Source: Synechococcus sp. A15-28 (GTDB lineage: Bacteria > Cyanobacteriota > Cyanobacteriia > PCC-6307 > Cyanobiaceae). Taken from it: a stretch of DNA of 32,000 bases. Below are positions 10,659 to 19,565 of the stretch, in pieces. The stretch is from the NCBI RefSeq assembly GCF_014280175.1, contig NZ_CP047931.1, positions 1,110,001-1,142,000 on the forward strand, read 5' to 3'. Within the stretch, counting starts at the first letter, position 1, and every line of letters starts with the position of its first letter. The notes beneath the pieces were generated by a model that searched no databases, had not been told where the DNA came from, and saw nothing but the letters and a program-made list of their open reading frames with translations. The translations under genes were made by a program, and so were the position numbers.

Positions 10659-11237
10659 TCAGCTACCCGTGACCGCCTGGGCTTCCGCCCGCAGGCGGCG
10701 CCAACGGGCATAGAACTGAATGGACGCTGCCATGAACACCACCAGGGCCACGATGAACCAGGTGGCTGCTCCGGTCGGGAACTGGTTCTTGAACACCACC
10801 AGCATCACCACAATCACCAGCAGCAGAGTCGGCAGTTCATTGAGTGCCCGCAGTTGCTTGCCGCTCCACTGACAGGTCCCGGCCTGCAGTTGACCCATCA
10901 GGCGATAGCAGGCGACGTGATATGCCAGAAGAGCTGCCACGAAACCCAATTTGGCGTGCATCCAGCCCTGTTGCAGCCAGCTGGGTTGGGCCACCAACAG
11001 GCCGATGGCCATGGACACCGCTACCACCATTCCCGGTGTGGTGATGATGTTGGCCAGGCGTTTCTCCATCAGGCTGTACTGATCCCTGAACGGCTGTTGC
11101 AGCTCTGCTGCAAGCTCCGCCGTTTCAACGTGATAAATGAACAGCCGCACCAGATAGAACAAGCCGGCGAACCAGACGACAACACCAACGATGTGAAGCG
11201 TCTTGAACCAGAGGTAGGCCTCAGGTGGGAGGGTCAT
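10659..11237 (-). CDS. hemJ: HemJ-type protoporphyrinogen IX oxidase
   Basis: 192 aa membrane protein: YLWFKTLHIVGVVVWFAGLFYLVRLFIYHVE...QYSLMEKRLANIITTPGM...WMHAKLGFV, characteristic of the HemJ/UPF0093 family. Confidence 0.93.
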   Translation of the reverse strand: MTLPPEAYLWFKTLHIVGVVVWFAGLFYLVRLFIYHVETAELAAELQQPFRDQYSLMEKRLANIITTPGMVVAVSMAIGLLVAQPSWLQQGWMHAKLGFVAALLAYHVACYRLMGQLQAGTCQWSGKQLRALNELPTLLLVIVVMLVVFKNQFPTGAATWFIVALVVFMAASIQFYARWRRLRAEAQAVTGS

Positions 11238-11272
11238 CAGCGCAACCGCATTGCGGCGACCTTACGCAGGTC

Positions 11273-12760
11273 TCAGGTGAGGCCGTCAAGAAAATCAGAA
11301 GCCCGGCGCTGATGGCCCAGCAGCGTCTCAGGGGCCATGCGGTCGAGGTTCCGAGCCATCATCGCCAGGCGGAACTGACTCCGGAAAAAGGATTCGTGGC
11401 GTCGGATGAAACTCCAGAAGAGCCCGTCCCAGATCTCACACCATTCACCTTTCTTGTAATCCGACATCTTGCGGACGTAGTTCGAGCCGGAGACGTAGGG
11501 CTTGGTCGTGAAGATGCCGCCGTCGGCGAACTGACTCATGCCATAGACGTTGGGCACCATCACCCAGTCGTAGGCATCAACGAACAGCTCCATGAACCAG
11601 CTGTAGACCCGGGTGGGATGAAAGCCGCAGAGCAACATCACATTGCCCAGCAGCATCAGCCGTTCAATGTGATGGCAATAACCGGTGTCCAGGGCGTGGC
11701 CGATGGCGTCATCGATCGGGGGCAGGCCTGTGCAGCCGGTGTAGAAGGCCTCGGGAATCGGACGATCCTCCACCTCCCAGAAATTGCCGTTGCGCATGGC
11801 CACCCCATGGCGGCGATACATGGCTGCCATGAATTCCCTCCATCCAATGATCTGGCGGATGAAGCCTTCGAGTGAGTTGAGGGGCACATCACCGCCTTCC
11901 GCCCGGGCCAGGGTCTGATCCAGAACCTGCTGGGGGGTGAGCAAGCCGATGTTCAGCATCGGCGTCAGCACGCCATGCCACATCACCCGGTGCTGGGTGC
12001 TGATGGCGTCTTCATAGGCCCCGAACTGAACCAGGCGTTCGTCGAGAAAGGTCTCGAGCCAGCGCGATGCTTCGTCGTGGTCAATGGGGTAGTGGAACCC
12101 ATCAAGCTTGCCGAGCCCGGGGAGGTTCTCCTCTGCCAGTTGCTGCCGTGCCGTTTCCACCACAGCCGATGTCGACGCGACCGGCACGGATGGAACGCTG
12201 ATGCCCTTGGGCAACTTCTTGCGGTTGTCGGCATCAAAACTCCATTGGCCGCCGACGGGGCGACCGTCGGGGTCGATGAGGACCCCTAAACGGGTGCGCT
12301 GCATCTCATAGAACTTGGCCATCAAGGGCTTCTTGCCCGTGCTGAAATGCTTCTCGAGCACGTCGGCAGGCGTTAGCAACATCGGTGTCGGAAGCACGGT
12401 CACCTGCAGGCCGACACGCTGAGCGAAGGCGTTCAACCGACGTTCCAGCCACTGATCCACCAGGTCAACGAGATGGACATGGCGATAGCCCGCTGCATGC
12501 AACAGCTGCAGGTGACCATCGGTGTCCGGTGCAGCGTCATGGTGCTGATGGATCACGCTGAAGCCACGCCGCCGCAGCTGTTCGGCGTAGGCCGTCATCG
12601 AGGCGCGATGCAGGAGCCGGCGCTGCTGATGCATCCGCAACGACCATTGCGGGTCCGTGCCAAACAGCAGTGGATCCTCGATCAAAGCCACGTTGCGACC
12701 GGGCTGAATCGCCGGATGATCAGCAAACAGCTGGTGGGGAAAGATCAGGGTGACGTCCAC
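11273..12760 (-). CDS. cryptochrome/photolyase-related protein of the FeS-BCP/PhrB clade
   Basis: 495 aa, GTG start; LIFPHQLF...PGRNVALIEDPLLFG, GYCHHIERLMLLGNVMLLCG, PNVYGMSQFADGGIFTTKPYVSGSNYVRKMSDY. Confidence 0.93.
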   Translation of the reverse strand: MDVTLIFPHQLFADHPAIQPGRNVALIEDPLLFGTDPQWSLRMHQQRRLLHRASMTAYAEQLRRRGFSVIHQHHDAAPDTDGHLQLLHAAGYRHVHLVDLVDQWLERRLNAFAQRVGLQVTVLPTPMLLTPADVLEKHFSTGKKPLMAKFYEMQRTRLGVLIDPDGRPVGGQWSFDADNRKKLPKGISVPSVPVASTSAVVETARQQLAEENLPGLGKLDGFHYPIDHDEASRWLETFLDERLVQFGAYEDAISTQHRVMWHGVLTPMLNIGLLTPQQVLDQTLARAEGGDVPLNSLEGFIRQIIGWREFMAAMYRRHGVAMRNGNFWEVEDRPIPEAFYTGCTGLPPIDDAIGHALDTGYCHHIERLMLLGNVMLLCGFHPTRVYSWFMELFVDAYDWVMVPNVYGMSQFADGGIFTTKPYVSGSNYVRKMSDYKKGEWCEIWDGLFWSFIRRHESFFRSQFRLAMMARNLDRMAPETLLGHQRRASDFLDGLT

Positions 12761-13048
12761 TCAGCCCGCCTCCCCTGCCAAGCGGCATGCCCGCCGCCCA
12801 ACGGCGGTGGCGTAGCTGCGGTCCACCTGACCGGCAAAGGGGCTCAGAACTCCAGCGCGGCAGTCCATCACCACTTTCTCGCGATGCCCCTGCTGGTCGT
12901 TGAGCCGCAGGATCAGCTGCCAGTGGTTTTTGGCACTGCGGGTGATGTCATCGGCACAGACAGGGCCGGTGCACAGTCCAGGCGAGGCCCAGCCCGGTCG
13001 ACCCAGCAATCCAATCAGGCAGCACAACAACAGCAGACAACGGATCAT
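12761..13048 (-). CDS. small hypothetical protein with predicted signal peptide (95 aa)
   Basis: [21 protein letters not shown]|[13 protein letters not shown]...; start overlaps the uvrC stop by 4 bp; stop abuts the photolyase GTG. Confidence 0.75.
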   Translation of the reverse strand: MIRCLLLLCCLIGLLGRPGWASPGLCTGPVCADDITRSAKNHWQLILRLNDQQGHREKVVMDCRAGVLSPFAGQVDRSYATAVGRRACRLAGEAG

Positions 13049-15021
13049 GCGATGTGTGCAGGGGACTCTTCGGAACCGTCATCCTGCCGGGCATCGTCGT
13101 CAGGGTGGAAAAACCCATGGATGTCCTTGGCCAGGGCCGGACCCACACCCGGCGCCTTGGCCAGCACGTCGACGGAGGCCAACTGAATCGCATCGATGGA
13201 GTGGAAGTGCGCCAGCAGGTCCTTCACCCGTTTCGGGCCCACCCCGGGGATGTCGGAAAGGCGCGAGCGCTTCATCCGTTGACCGCGCTGCTGCCGGTGA
13301 AAACTCACGGCGAAGCGGTGGGCTTCATCACGCAGGCGACGCAGCAGCGCCACGCCCAGTTGGTCCGGCTCACTCTCCAGCGGCTGACTCTCGCCGGGGA
13401 GAAAGACTTCCTCCCGCTGTTTGGCCAGAGAGCAGACATTGAGATCCTCGTGCAGATCCAGCTCCCTCAGGGCCTCCATCACCGCTGACAACTGGCCTTT
13501 GCCGCCGTCGATCATCACCACATCCGGCCAGTCGTTGAGGCCATCGGTCTGCAGGGCGCTTCCTCCCTTGTGGCGCAGTGCACCCACATCCACACCATCC
13601 GCCTTGGCGCGAGCCCAGCGGCGAAAGCGCCGCCGCATGATCTCGGCCATGGCCATGAAGTCATCGCTGTGGCCGGCCTGAATGCTGCTGCTGCGGATCT
13701 TGTATTTGCGGTAGTGCTGCTTGGCAGGCAGTCCATCGATGAACACCACCTGGGATGCGACGGCATCACTGCCCTGAATGTGACTGATGTCGTAGCCCTC
13801 GATTCTTCGCGGTGGTGTCGGCAGCTCAAGCAGCTGCGCCAGATCCTCGGTGGCCAGAGCCTGTTGCTCCTGACCCTGTTGCGCCCGCAGCAGTTCGAAT
13901 TCAGCGTTGCGTTGCACCAGTTCGATCAGGTCCGCCTTCTGTCGCTGCTTGGGACAGTGAATCTGCACTTTCCGTTCCCGTTGCTCCGTCAGCCAGTCCT
14001 CCAGAAGCTCCTGCTGCGGGAGGGGGTGCTGCACGAGCAGCTCGGGCGGCACCTCGACCGCATCCACCTGGGAATAGTGCTCTTCAATCACGCGCTGCAG
14101 GATCAACCCAGGCTCCAGGGCGGATGCATCGGCGGTGTAACCCAGGCGCCCCACCAGTTTTCCGGCCCGCATCTGGAACAACTGGACCGCGGCCAGGCGT
14201 TCGTCACAGGCGAGGGCCAGCACATCCCGGCTGACGCTGGAGTCGGGCAGACTCATCTTCTGATCGGCGGTCAACTGGTCCATGCCCTGGAGCTGATCAC
14301 GGATCCGGGCGGCCGCTTCGAAGTCCAGGCGCTCTGCGTAGCGGTTCATCTGCTCATCCAGCAGACGCTGCAGTTCATCGCTGCGCCCCTGAAACACCAT
14401 GGCCACCTTGCGCAGGGTGCGGTGGTAGTCCTCTGAGCTGATCTTTTCCTGGCAGACCCCCGGGCAGCGGCCGATGCTGTAGTTGAGGCAGGTGCGATCG
14501 GGGTGGAGCGGTCGCGGTCGCTGGCGTAACGGAAACACCCGCTTCACCAGAAACAGTGTTCGACGCAGCAGGCCGACGTCGACGTAGGGGCCGTAGAAGC
14601 GATCGAGGGGACTGCGGAAACGCCGCCGCCGGGTGATGAAGATCCGGGGATAGGCCTCGCTCCAGGTGATGCAGAGGTAGGGGTACTTCTTGTCGTCCTT
14701 CAGCAGCACATTGAAGTGCGGCTGATGGTTCTTGATCAGGTTGGACTCGAGGGCCAGGGCCTCCGCTTCACTGTCAGTGACGATGAACTCGATCTCGCAG
14801 ACCTGACGCGTCATCAGACGGATGCGCGGCGACAGGTCATGCCGACTTCGGAAATAGCTGCGCACCCGGCTGCGCAGGGATTTGGATTTGCCCACGTAGA
14901 GGATCCTGTCCTCTCCATCGCGCATCAGATAGCAACCGGGTTCCGGCGGAATGTCCTTCAACCGGCGCTCGAGCACCTCCGGCTGGGTCAGCAGCGGCGG
15001 CATGGTCCGTGACTCCGCCAA
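13045..15021 (-). CDS. uvrC: excinuclease ABC subunit C
   Basis: 658 aa; GIY-YIG-type N-terminus ([29 protein letters not shown]), UVR motif region ([12 protein letters not shown]), C-terminal nuclease domain ([30 protein letters not shown]), HhH region. Confidence 0.98.
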   Translation of the reverse strand: MAESRTMPPLLTQPEVLERRLKDIPPEPGCYLMRDGEDRILYVGKSKSLRSRVRSYFRSRHDLSPRIRLMTRQVCEIEFIVTDSEAEALALESNLIKNHQPHFNVLLKDDKKYPYLCITWSEAYPRIFITRRRRFRSPLDRFYGPYVDVGLLRRTLFLVKRVFPLRQRPRPLHPDRTCLNYSIGRCPGVCQEKISSEDYHRTLRKVAMVFQGRSDELQRLLDEQMNRYAERLDFEAAARIRDQLQGMDQLTADQKMSLPDSSVSRDVLALACDERLAAVQLFQMRAGKLVGRLGYTADASALEPGLILQRVIEEHYSQVDAVEVPPELLVQHPLPQQELLEDWLTEQRERKVQIHCPKQRQKADLIELVQRNAEFELLRAQQGQEQQALATEDLAQLLELPTPPRRIEGYDISHIQGSDAVASQVVFIDGLPAKQHYRKYKIRSSSIQAGHSDDFMAMAEIMRRRFRRWARAKADGVDVGALRHKGGSALQTDGLNDWPDVVMIDGGKGQLSAVMEALRELDLHEDLNVCSLAKQREEVFLPGESQPLESEPDQLGVALLRRLRDEAHRFAVSFHRQQRGQRMKRSRLSDIPGVGPKRVKDLLAHFHSIDAIQLASVDVLAKAPGVGPALAKDIHGFFHPDDDARQDDGSEESPAHIA

Positions 15022-15028
15022 CGACCGC

Positions 15029-15511
15029 TCAACCGCCGTAATTCCAGCCGGTGCTCGCCATGGTCAGGGCCTCACCGTCTTCAAGCAACCGAGCGCTCTT
15101 GACTTCACCGACAAACACGGTGTGGTCACCGTGCTTGATCTGACCCACCAGCTCACACTCCACACCTCCAATGACCCCCTCCAGGAGCGGTAGGCCCTTG
15201 GGACCCTCCTGGAATGGAGCCGCCTCAAAGCGGCCACCCAGACCCTTCTGTGGCTTGAAGAACACCGCAGCCAGATCCTTCTGGTCCGCTTTGAGCATGT
15301 TCAGCGAAAACCGTTTGGTGCGTTCGATGATCCCGTGGCTGGTGCTGTCAGCCCGAACACCCATCACCACGAGGGGGGGCTCGAACGATCCCTGGGTCAC
15401 CCAGCTGGCGGTGAAGCCATTCACCTCGTCGCCTTCGCGGACACCGCAGACGAACAGGCCGTGGGGGATCTTGCGCAGCAGCACCTTCTTGGCGTCGGCG
15501 TCGAGGCTCAT
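15029..15511 (-). CDS. flavin reductase family (FMN-binding split barrel) protein
   Basis: 160 aa; [53 protein letters not shown], flavin reductase-like domain pattern. Confidence 0.88.
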   Translation of the reverse strand: MSLDADAKKVLLRKIPHGLFVCGVREGDEVNGFTASWVTQGSFEPPLVVMGVRADSTSHGIIERTKRFSLNMLKADQKDLAAVFFKPQKGLGGRFEAAPFQEGPKGLPLLEGVIGGVECELVGQIKHGDHTVFVGEVKSARLLEDGEALTMASTGWNYGG

Positions 15512-15584
15512 GGTTCAGGGGATGTTGATGGAAATCTAGGGATCAAACCGCTGCATAGGATCCGGTCAATCCAGGGTTCTGAGG

Positions 15585-16076
15585 ATGAGGGCGCTCTACC
15601 CGGGCAGTTTTGATCCACTGACCAATGGCCACATGGATCTGATCGAACGGGCTGCTGCTCTGTTCGGTCAGGTCACGGTGGCGGTTCTGTCGAATCCCAA
15701 CAAGAAGCCCGCCTTCAGTGTTGATCAGCGCATCGAGCAGATCCGGAACGCGACCCGTCACCTGAACGGCATCGATGTGGTCAGTTTTGACGGATTGACG
15801 GTCCACTGCGCGGCAACCCATCAGGCCGATCTCATCCTGCGCGGTCTTCGCGCAATGAGCGACTTCGAATACGAGTTGCAGATCGCCCACACCAACCGGT
15901 CTCTGGCCGCAGATCTGGAAACGGTGTTTCTGGCGACATCAACCCGTCACAGCTTCCTCAGCAGCTCCGTGGTCAAGGAGGTCGCCCGCTTCGGCGGCCC
16001 AGTTGATCACATGGTCCCCAAGGAGGTGGCGAAGGACCTGAACAGGCTCTTTAATTCGGCTTTCCCACCCCGGTGA
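15585..16076 (+). CDS. coaD: pantetheine-phosphate adenylyltransferase
   Basis: 163 aa; [75 protein letters not shown]. Confidence 0.98.
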   Translation: MRALYPGSFDPLTNGHMDLIERAAALFGQVTVAVLSNPNKKPAFSVDQRIEQIRNATRHLNGIDVVSFDGLTVHCAATHQADLILRGLRAMSDFEYELQIAHTNRSLAADLETVFLATSTRHSFLSSSVVKEVARFGGPVDHMVPKEVAKDLNRLFNSAFPPR

Positions 16077-16077
16077 C

Positions 16078-17007
16078 ATGAGCGACGCTCGCTTCGCTGT
16101 CCTCGACCATCTGGATCAGCTGGAGGATGTCCTTCTTGAGGGCAGTCGCATTCCGTTCAGTGGCGGGCGTCTGGTGAACGAGGGTGATGCCGTTGAAGTC
16201 CTGGATGCCGTTCGGGACACTTTGCCCAAAGAGGTTGAGCGGGCTGCTCAGCTGTTGGAGCGACGGGACGAGTTCATCACCACGGCCAAACAGCAGGCTG
16301 ATGAGATCGTTCAGCAGGCCAAGCGTCAGCACGAACAACTGGTGAGCACCGCCTCGGTGCGTCAGGAGGCGGAACGTCAGGTGCTGGAGCTTCGTGAACA
16401 GACCCGACAGCAATGCGAGCAATTGCTGCAGTCCACGCGTCAGCAGGGCGCCCAGCTGGAACAGGAGATGCAGAGCAAGCTGGCCCAGCAGGAACAGCAG
16501 TTCGCCGCACGCCGGCAACAGCTGGAGCAGGAGGCTCAGCAGCGCCGTCAGCAACTGGAGCAGGACGCGGCGGAGCTCAAACGCCAATACGCGGAGCAGC
16601 ATGAAGCCAGTCGCCAGCAGGCCCTGCAGGAACTGGAGACCATCCGACGCGAGGGCTTGCGATTGCAGAGTGAGAGTCGCGAAGAAGCCGAGCGACTCCA
16701 TAACGATGCCCTGCAGTTCCGTCAACAGACCCAGCAACAGTGTGAGGGGCTGATTCAACGCAGCCGCAAGGAGGCGGCTGCCGTTCAGGACGGAGCCAAC
16801 CGCTACGCAGAACAGACCCTCGGTGAACTGGAAGTTCGCCTCAAGGAGATGGCACAGGTGGTGATGGCTGGGCGCCAGGAACTGGTCAAGATTCAGACCA
16901 TCAGCAGTGCTGGTCCCAAAGGTGACGACAACGAGGGCAAGACAGTTCCGATCAGCCGTGGCCGACGTGCCGCCTCCCGGCTGCGTTCCATGAAGGGCAC
17001 TGGCTGA
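16078..17007 (+). CDS. coiled-coil, DivIVA/ATP-synthase-b-like protein encoded next to coaD (309 aa)
   Basis: MSDARFAVLDHLDQLEDVLLEGSRIPFSGGRLVNEGDAVEVLDAVRDTLPKEVERA followed by long E/Q/R-rich coiled coil; start codon 1 bp after the coaD stop. Confidence 0.85.
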   Translation: MSDARFAVLDHLDQLEDVLLEGSRIPFSGGRLVNEGDAVEVLDAVRDTLPKEVERAAQLLERRDEFITTAKQQADEIVQQAKRQHEQLVSTASVRQEAERQVLELREQTRQQCEQLLQSTRQQGAQLEQEMQSKLAQQEQQFAARRQQLEQEAQQRRQQLEQDAAELKRQYAEQHEASRQQALQELETIRREGLRLQSESREEAERLHNDALQFRQQTQQQCEGLIQRSRKEAAAVQDGANRYAEQTLGELEVRLKEMAQVVMAGRQELVKIQTISSAGPKGDDNEGKTVPISRGRRAASRLRSMKGTG

Positions 17008-18268
17008 TGCGCTGGACGGCGAGCAGCACCTGAGCCATGACGCCGCGAGGGGCATAGGCGCCGTTGGCAATCATGCTCACGTAGCGGGGTCCATGGGAGG
17101 TCTTCAGGATTCCACTCAAGGAACTCACTCCCCTGAGGGTTCCTGTCTTCCCCCAGAACTGGCCGGTGAGCGCGGAGCCTCGCTGGAAACGCCAGAGCGT
17201 GCCCCGGCGCCCCGCAATCGCCATGGAGGCTTGGTAATGAGCCCCGTATGGGTGTTGCGCCATCCGCCACAGAAGTGTCGACAGGGTTCGGCTGGTCACC
17301 CGATTGCCCCTGGAGAGCCCGCTCCCATCCCGGATGCGAAGGCCCTGGGTGGGAATTCCCTGAGCCTGCAGCCAGCGGGTGTTGGCCAACGAGGCCTCAG
17401 CCACATCCCAGTTGTCCGCCGCTTCACGCATCAGCACTTCAGCGGTGAAGTTATGGCTTTCGGTGTTGGCCAAGCTGAGCAGCCCATGCATCGGAGCCGA
17501 CAGCTCACGGTGGATCACCACAGGTTCCTCAGCCTTGGCCTGGGCGAGAGCGGCTTCCCGTTGCTCGGGATTCACCTTCACCAGGCGAAGGCGTCCTCCC
17601 TGTTGGCTCACCGTGGTGGACAGCACCCTCTCCAGCCGTCGGGCTGGATCCATCACCGCCATGTGCAGAGCGTTGCTCGTGAGAGCAAGCCGGGTGATCG
17701 GTGCGCCGTAGGCGTAGCTGCGATCGTCCGCAGGCCAGTCACTGGGCCACCAGCGCTGGCGTGGCTCCTCCCGCAACATCAACTGAAGAGGCCCCGCAGT
17801 CGTCTTGGGCGATTGAGAGCCACCACGCCCCAGAGCCACCATGGCGAAGCGTTGAATCTCAGCGATGCTGAGGTCTGGATCCCCCTCGCCCACAATTTCC
17901 AGACTTCCGTCGCCGTGACGGAGTAACTGGGTTTCGAGACGGAAATCGGGCCCGAGGCGATCGAGGGCGAAGGCGGAACTGATCAGTTTCTGATTGGAGG
18001 CGGGGATCCTTGGCAACCATCCATTGATGTCCGCCAGGAGTTGGCCCCGCTCGTCAAGAACGCTGACGCTCCACGGAGCCGTGCTGGGGCCAATCGAAGC
18101 CTCGACCGCCCGTTGCAGTGACGGGCACAGAGGACGTTGGGTCCGCCCGGGCAGCCCCTGACGGCTGCTGGGGGGACTCGGTTGCAACAAGCGTTCCGTG
18201 CTGTGGGCTGCTGCGCCGGCGTTCAGCAACAACGCCGCCAGAGCCGGGGTGATCCAACGCTGGCTCAT
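16952..18268 (-). CDS. dacB: D-alanyl-D-alanine carboxypeptidase/endopeptidase (PBP4 family)
   Basis: 438 aa with signal peptide; active-site motifs SNQK (SxxK), SRGN (SxN) and KTGT (KTG). Confidence 0.93.
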   Translation of the reverse strand: MSQRWITPALAALLLNAGAAAHSTERLLQPSPPSSRQGLPGRTQRPLCPSLQRAVEASIGPSTAPWSVSVLDERGQLLADINGWLPRIPASNQKLISSAFALDRLGPDFRLETQLLRHGDGSLEIVGEGDPDLSIAEIQRFAMVALGRGGSQSPKTTAGPLQLMLREEPRQRWWPSDWPADDRSYAYGAPITRLALTSNALHMAVMDPARRLERVLSTTVSQQGGRLRLVKVNPEQREAALAQAKAEEPVVIHRELSAPMHGLLSLANTESHNFTAEVLMREAADNWDVAEASLANTRWLQAQGIPTQGLRIRDGSGLSRGNRVTSRTLSTLLWRMAQHPYGAHYQASMAIAGRRGTLWRFQRGSALTGQFWGKTGTLRGVSSLSGILKTSHGPRYVSMIANGAYAPRGVMAQVLLAVQRISQCPSWNAAGRRHVGHG

Positions 18269-18774
18269 GGAAGAGCCACACCGCTGACGACACCATTGGC
18301 GCGGTAAAGCCGTCCTTCGAGTTCCACAGGACTGCCGACCTTGAGTTTGGTGCCACCGAAGACCACGCCGGATGGACCTGTCTCCGCATCGGCCTTCAGG
18401 CGAAAGCGTGCATGCAGGCCGCGGGCCGGGCTGGTGTCTTCCGCTTCGAGAACGGTTCCATCCGGCAGGAGCTGGGTGAGGGGACGACTGATGTCCTCCA
18501 CAGACAACAGCGCAACGCGCCCAGCCGGCTGGTTGCGAATCACGATGCTGACGGCCCCTTCCTCTCGGATGCCCTCCAGGAACGCCTCCGAATCGACCAC
18601 CTGCAGGTGACGCACATCCACACTCACCTCAACCGGCTTCACTGAGCCCGTCGCCCGGGCCACCGCATTGGTCAGTTTCGGAGACCAGACCACACCAGCG
18701 AGCGCGGCCACTGTTGCTGCAACGGCCAGCCCATCGAGAACCGTGATGGAGCTGAGGGAGAACCGTCGCTGCAT
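18265..18774 (-). CDS. DUF4330-type membrane-anchored protein
   Basis: 169 aa; ITVLDGLAVAATVAALAGVVWSPKL... single N-terminal TM plus periplasmic domain; overlaps the dacB start by 4 bp. Confidence 0.75.
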   Translation of the reverse strand: MQRRFSLSSITVLDGLAVAATVAALAGVVWSPKLTNAVARATGSVKPVEVSVDVRHLQVVDSEAFLEGIREEGAVSIVIRNQPAGRVALLSVEDISRPLTQLLPDGTVLEAEDTSPARGLHARFRLKADAETGPSGVVFGGTKLKVGSPVELEGRLYRANGVVSGVALP

Positions 18775-18831
18775 GGCATCACTGCTTCGAGCCGAACATT
18801 ACGGACGGCGGGTGGTCCGATCAAGCATTTG

Positions 18832-19533
18832 TCAGCTGCGCAGACCGTCGATGAATCGATCCACACTGCCGAGCTGCTGTTTGAGGCTGTCCGAGTCTTC
18901 TCCGGCCAACAGCGCCGAGATCTGCTCGGGATCCGGGCGATTTTCCATGGACGCCAGATGGCGGTAACCATCGGGGTCAAGTCGATACAGAGTCCAGTCA
19001 TCAGGGAACCTCCGCATCAACGCTCCACCCTCAAGGGGCTGAAGCCAGTACGCCTGCTGCCAGGAGGAGACGAAGCCACGCCGTCGCTCACGGGCCACGC
19101 TGCCGATCCCGACGGCAGCATCCTCAAGCCGGCCGTTGAGCATCAAGACCGAACCACGATGGTCCTGACAGATGGCCATGAACTGCTCGTAGTCCGAGGG
19201 TTGCGGACCAACCGCCAACACCAATCCATCCGCATCTCCACGGGTCGACCATTGGTTGAAATCCAGGATGGTTCCGGCCAGATCCGGTGCATCACGCCTT
19301 GCCAGCGCTGCAGCCCCAGCATCCGGCCAGAGCAGCCGACAGGATTCATCCACCGAGCGAAGGGCTTGAAACAGCCGCAGAGCGACGGGGAGAATCCGCA
19401 GATTCTCGAATCGAAGGGACGCGCCCCATCGGGCACCCTTGCCTGAGGCCAGGGCTGCCTTGAGGGCATCAAGCAGATCGGCTTCCGCGGTCAGCAGATC
19501 GGCGGGAAGGCTGGCCTTCTGGGCTTCAGGCAC
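18832..19533 (-). CDS. DUF1995-like conserved protein
   Basis: 233 aa; DAPDLAGTILDFNQW... DGLVLAVGPQPSDYEQFMAIC... RRRGFVSSWQQAYWLQPLEGGALMRRFPDDWTLYRL resembles the cyanobacterial/plastid DUF1995 family, from memory. Confidence 0.75.
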   Translation of the reverse strand: MPEAQKASLPADLLTAEADLLDALKAALASGKGARWGASLRFENLRILPVALRLFQALRSVDESCRLLWPDAGAAALARRDAPDLAGTILDFNQWSTRGDADGLVLAVGPQPSDYEQFMAICQDHRGSVLMLNGRLEDAAVGIGSVARERRRGFVSSWQQAYWLQPLEGGALMRRFPDDWTLYRLDPDGYRHLASMENRPDPEQISALLAGEDSDSLKQQLGSVDRFIDGLRS

Positions 19534-19565
19534 GTCTGCAGATTCACAGATGGGCCACCAGCCTC

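Noticed and set aside
12473-13186. 237-aa plus-strand ORF across photolyase/95-aa gene/uvrC
   Set aside because: Composition and position fit a shadow ORF; the minus-strand genes overlap like an operon.
13570-14436. 288-aa plus-strand ORF antisense to uvrC
   Set aside because: His/Gln/Leu-rich shadow ORF typical of GC-rich DNA; uvrC frame is unambiguous.
16051-17070. 339-aa minus-strand ORF antisense to the coiled-coil gene
   Set aside because: Leu/Gln-rich mirror of E/Q-rich coiled-coil codons, not an independent gene.
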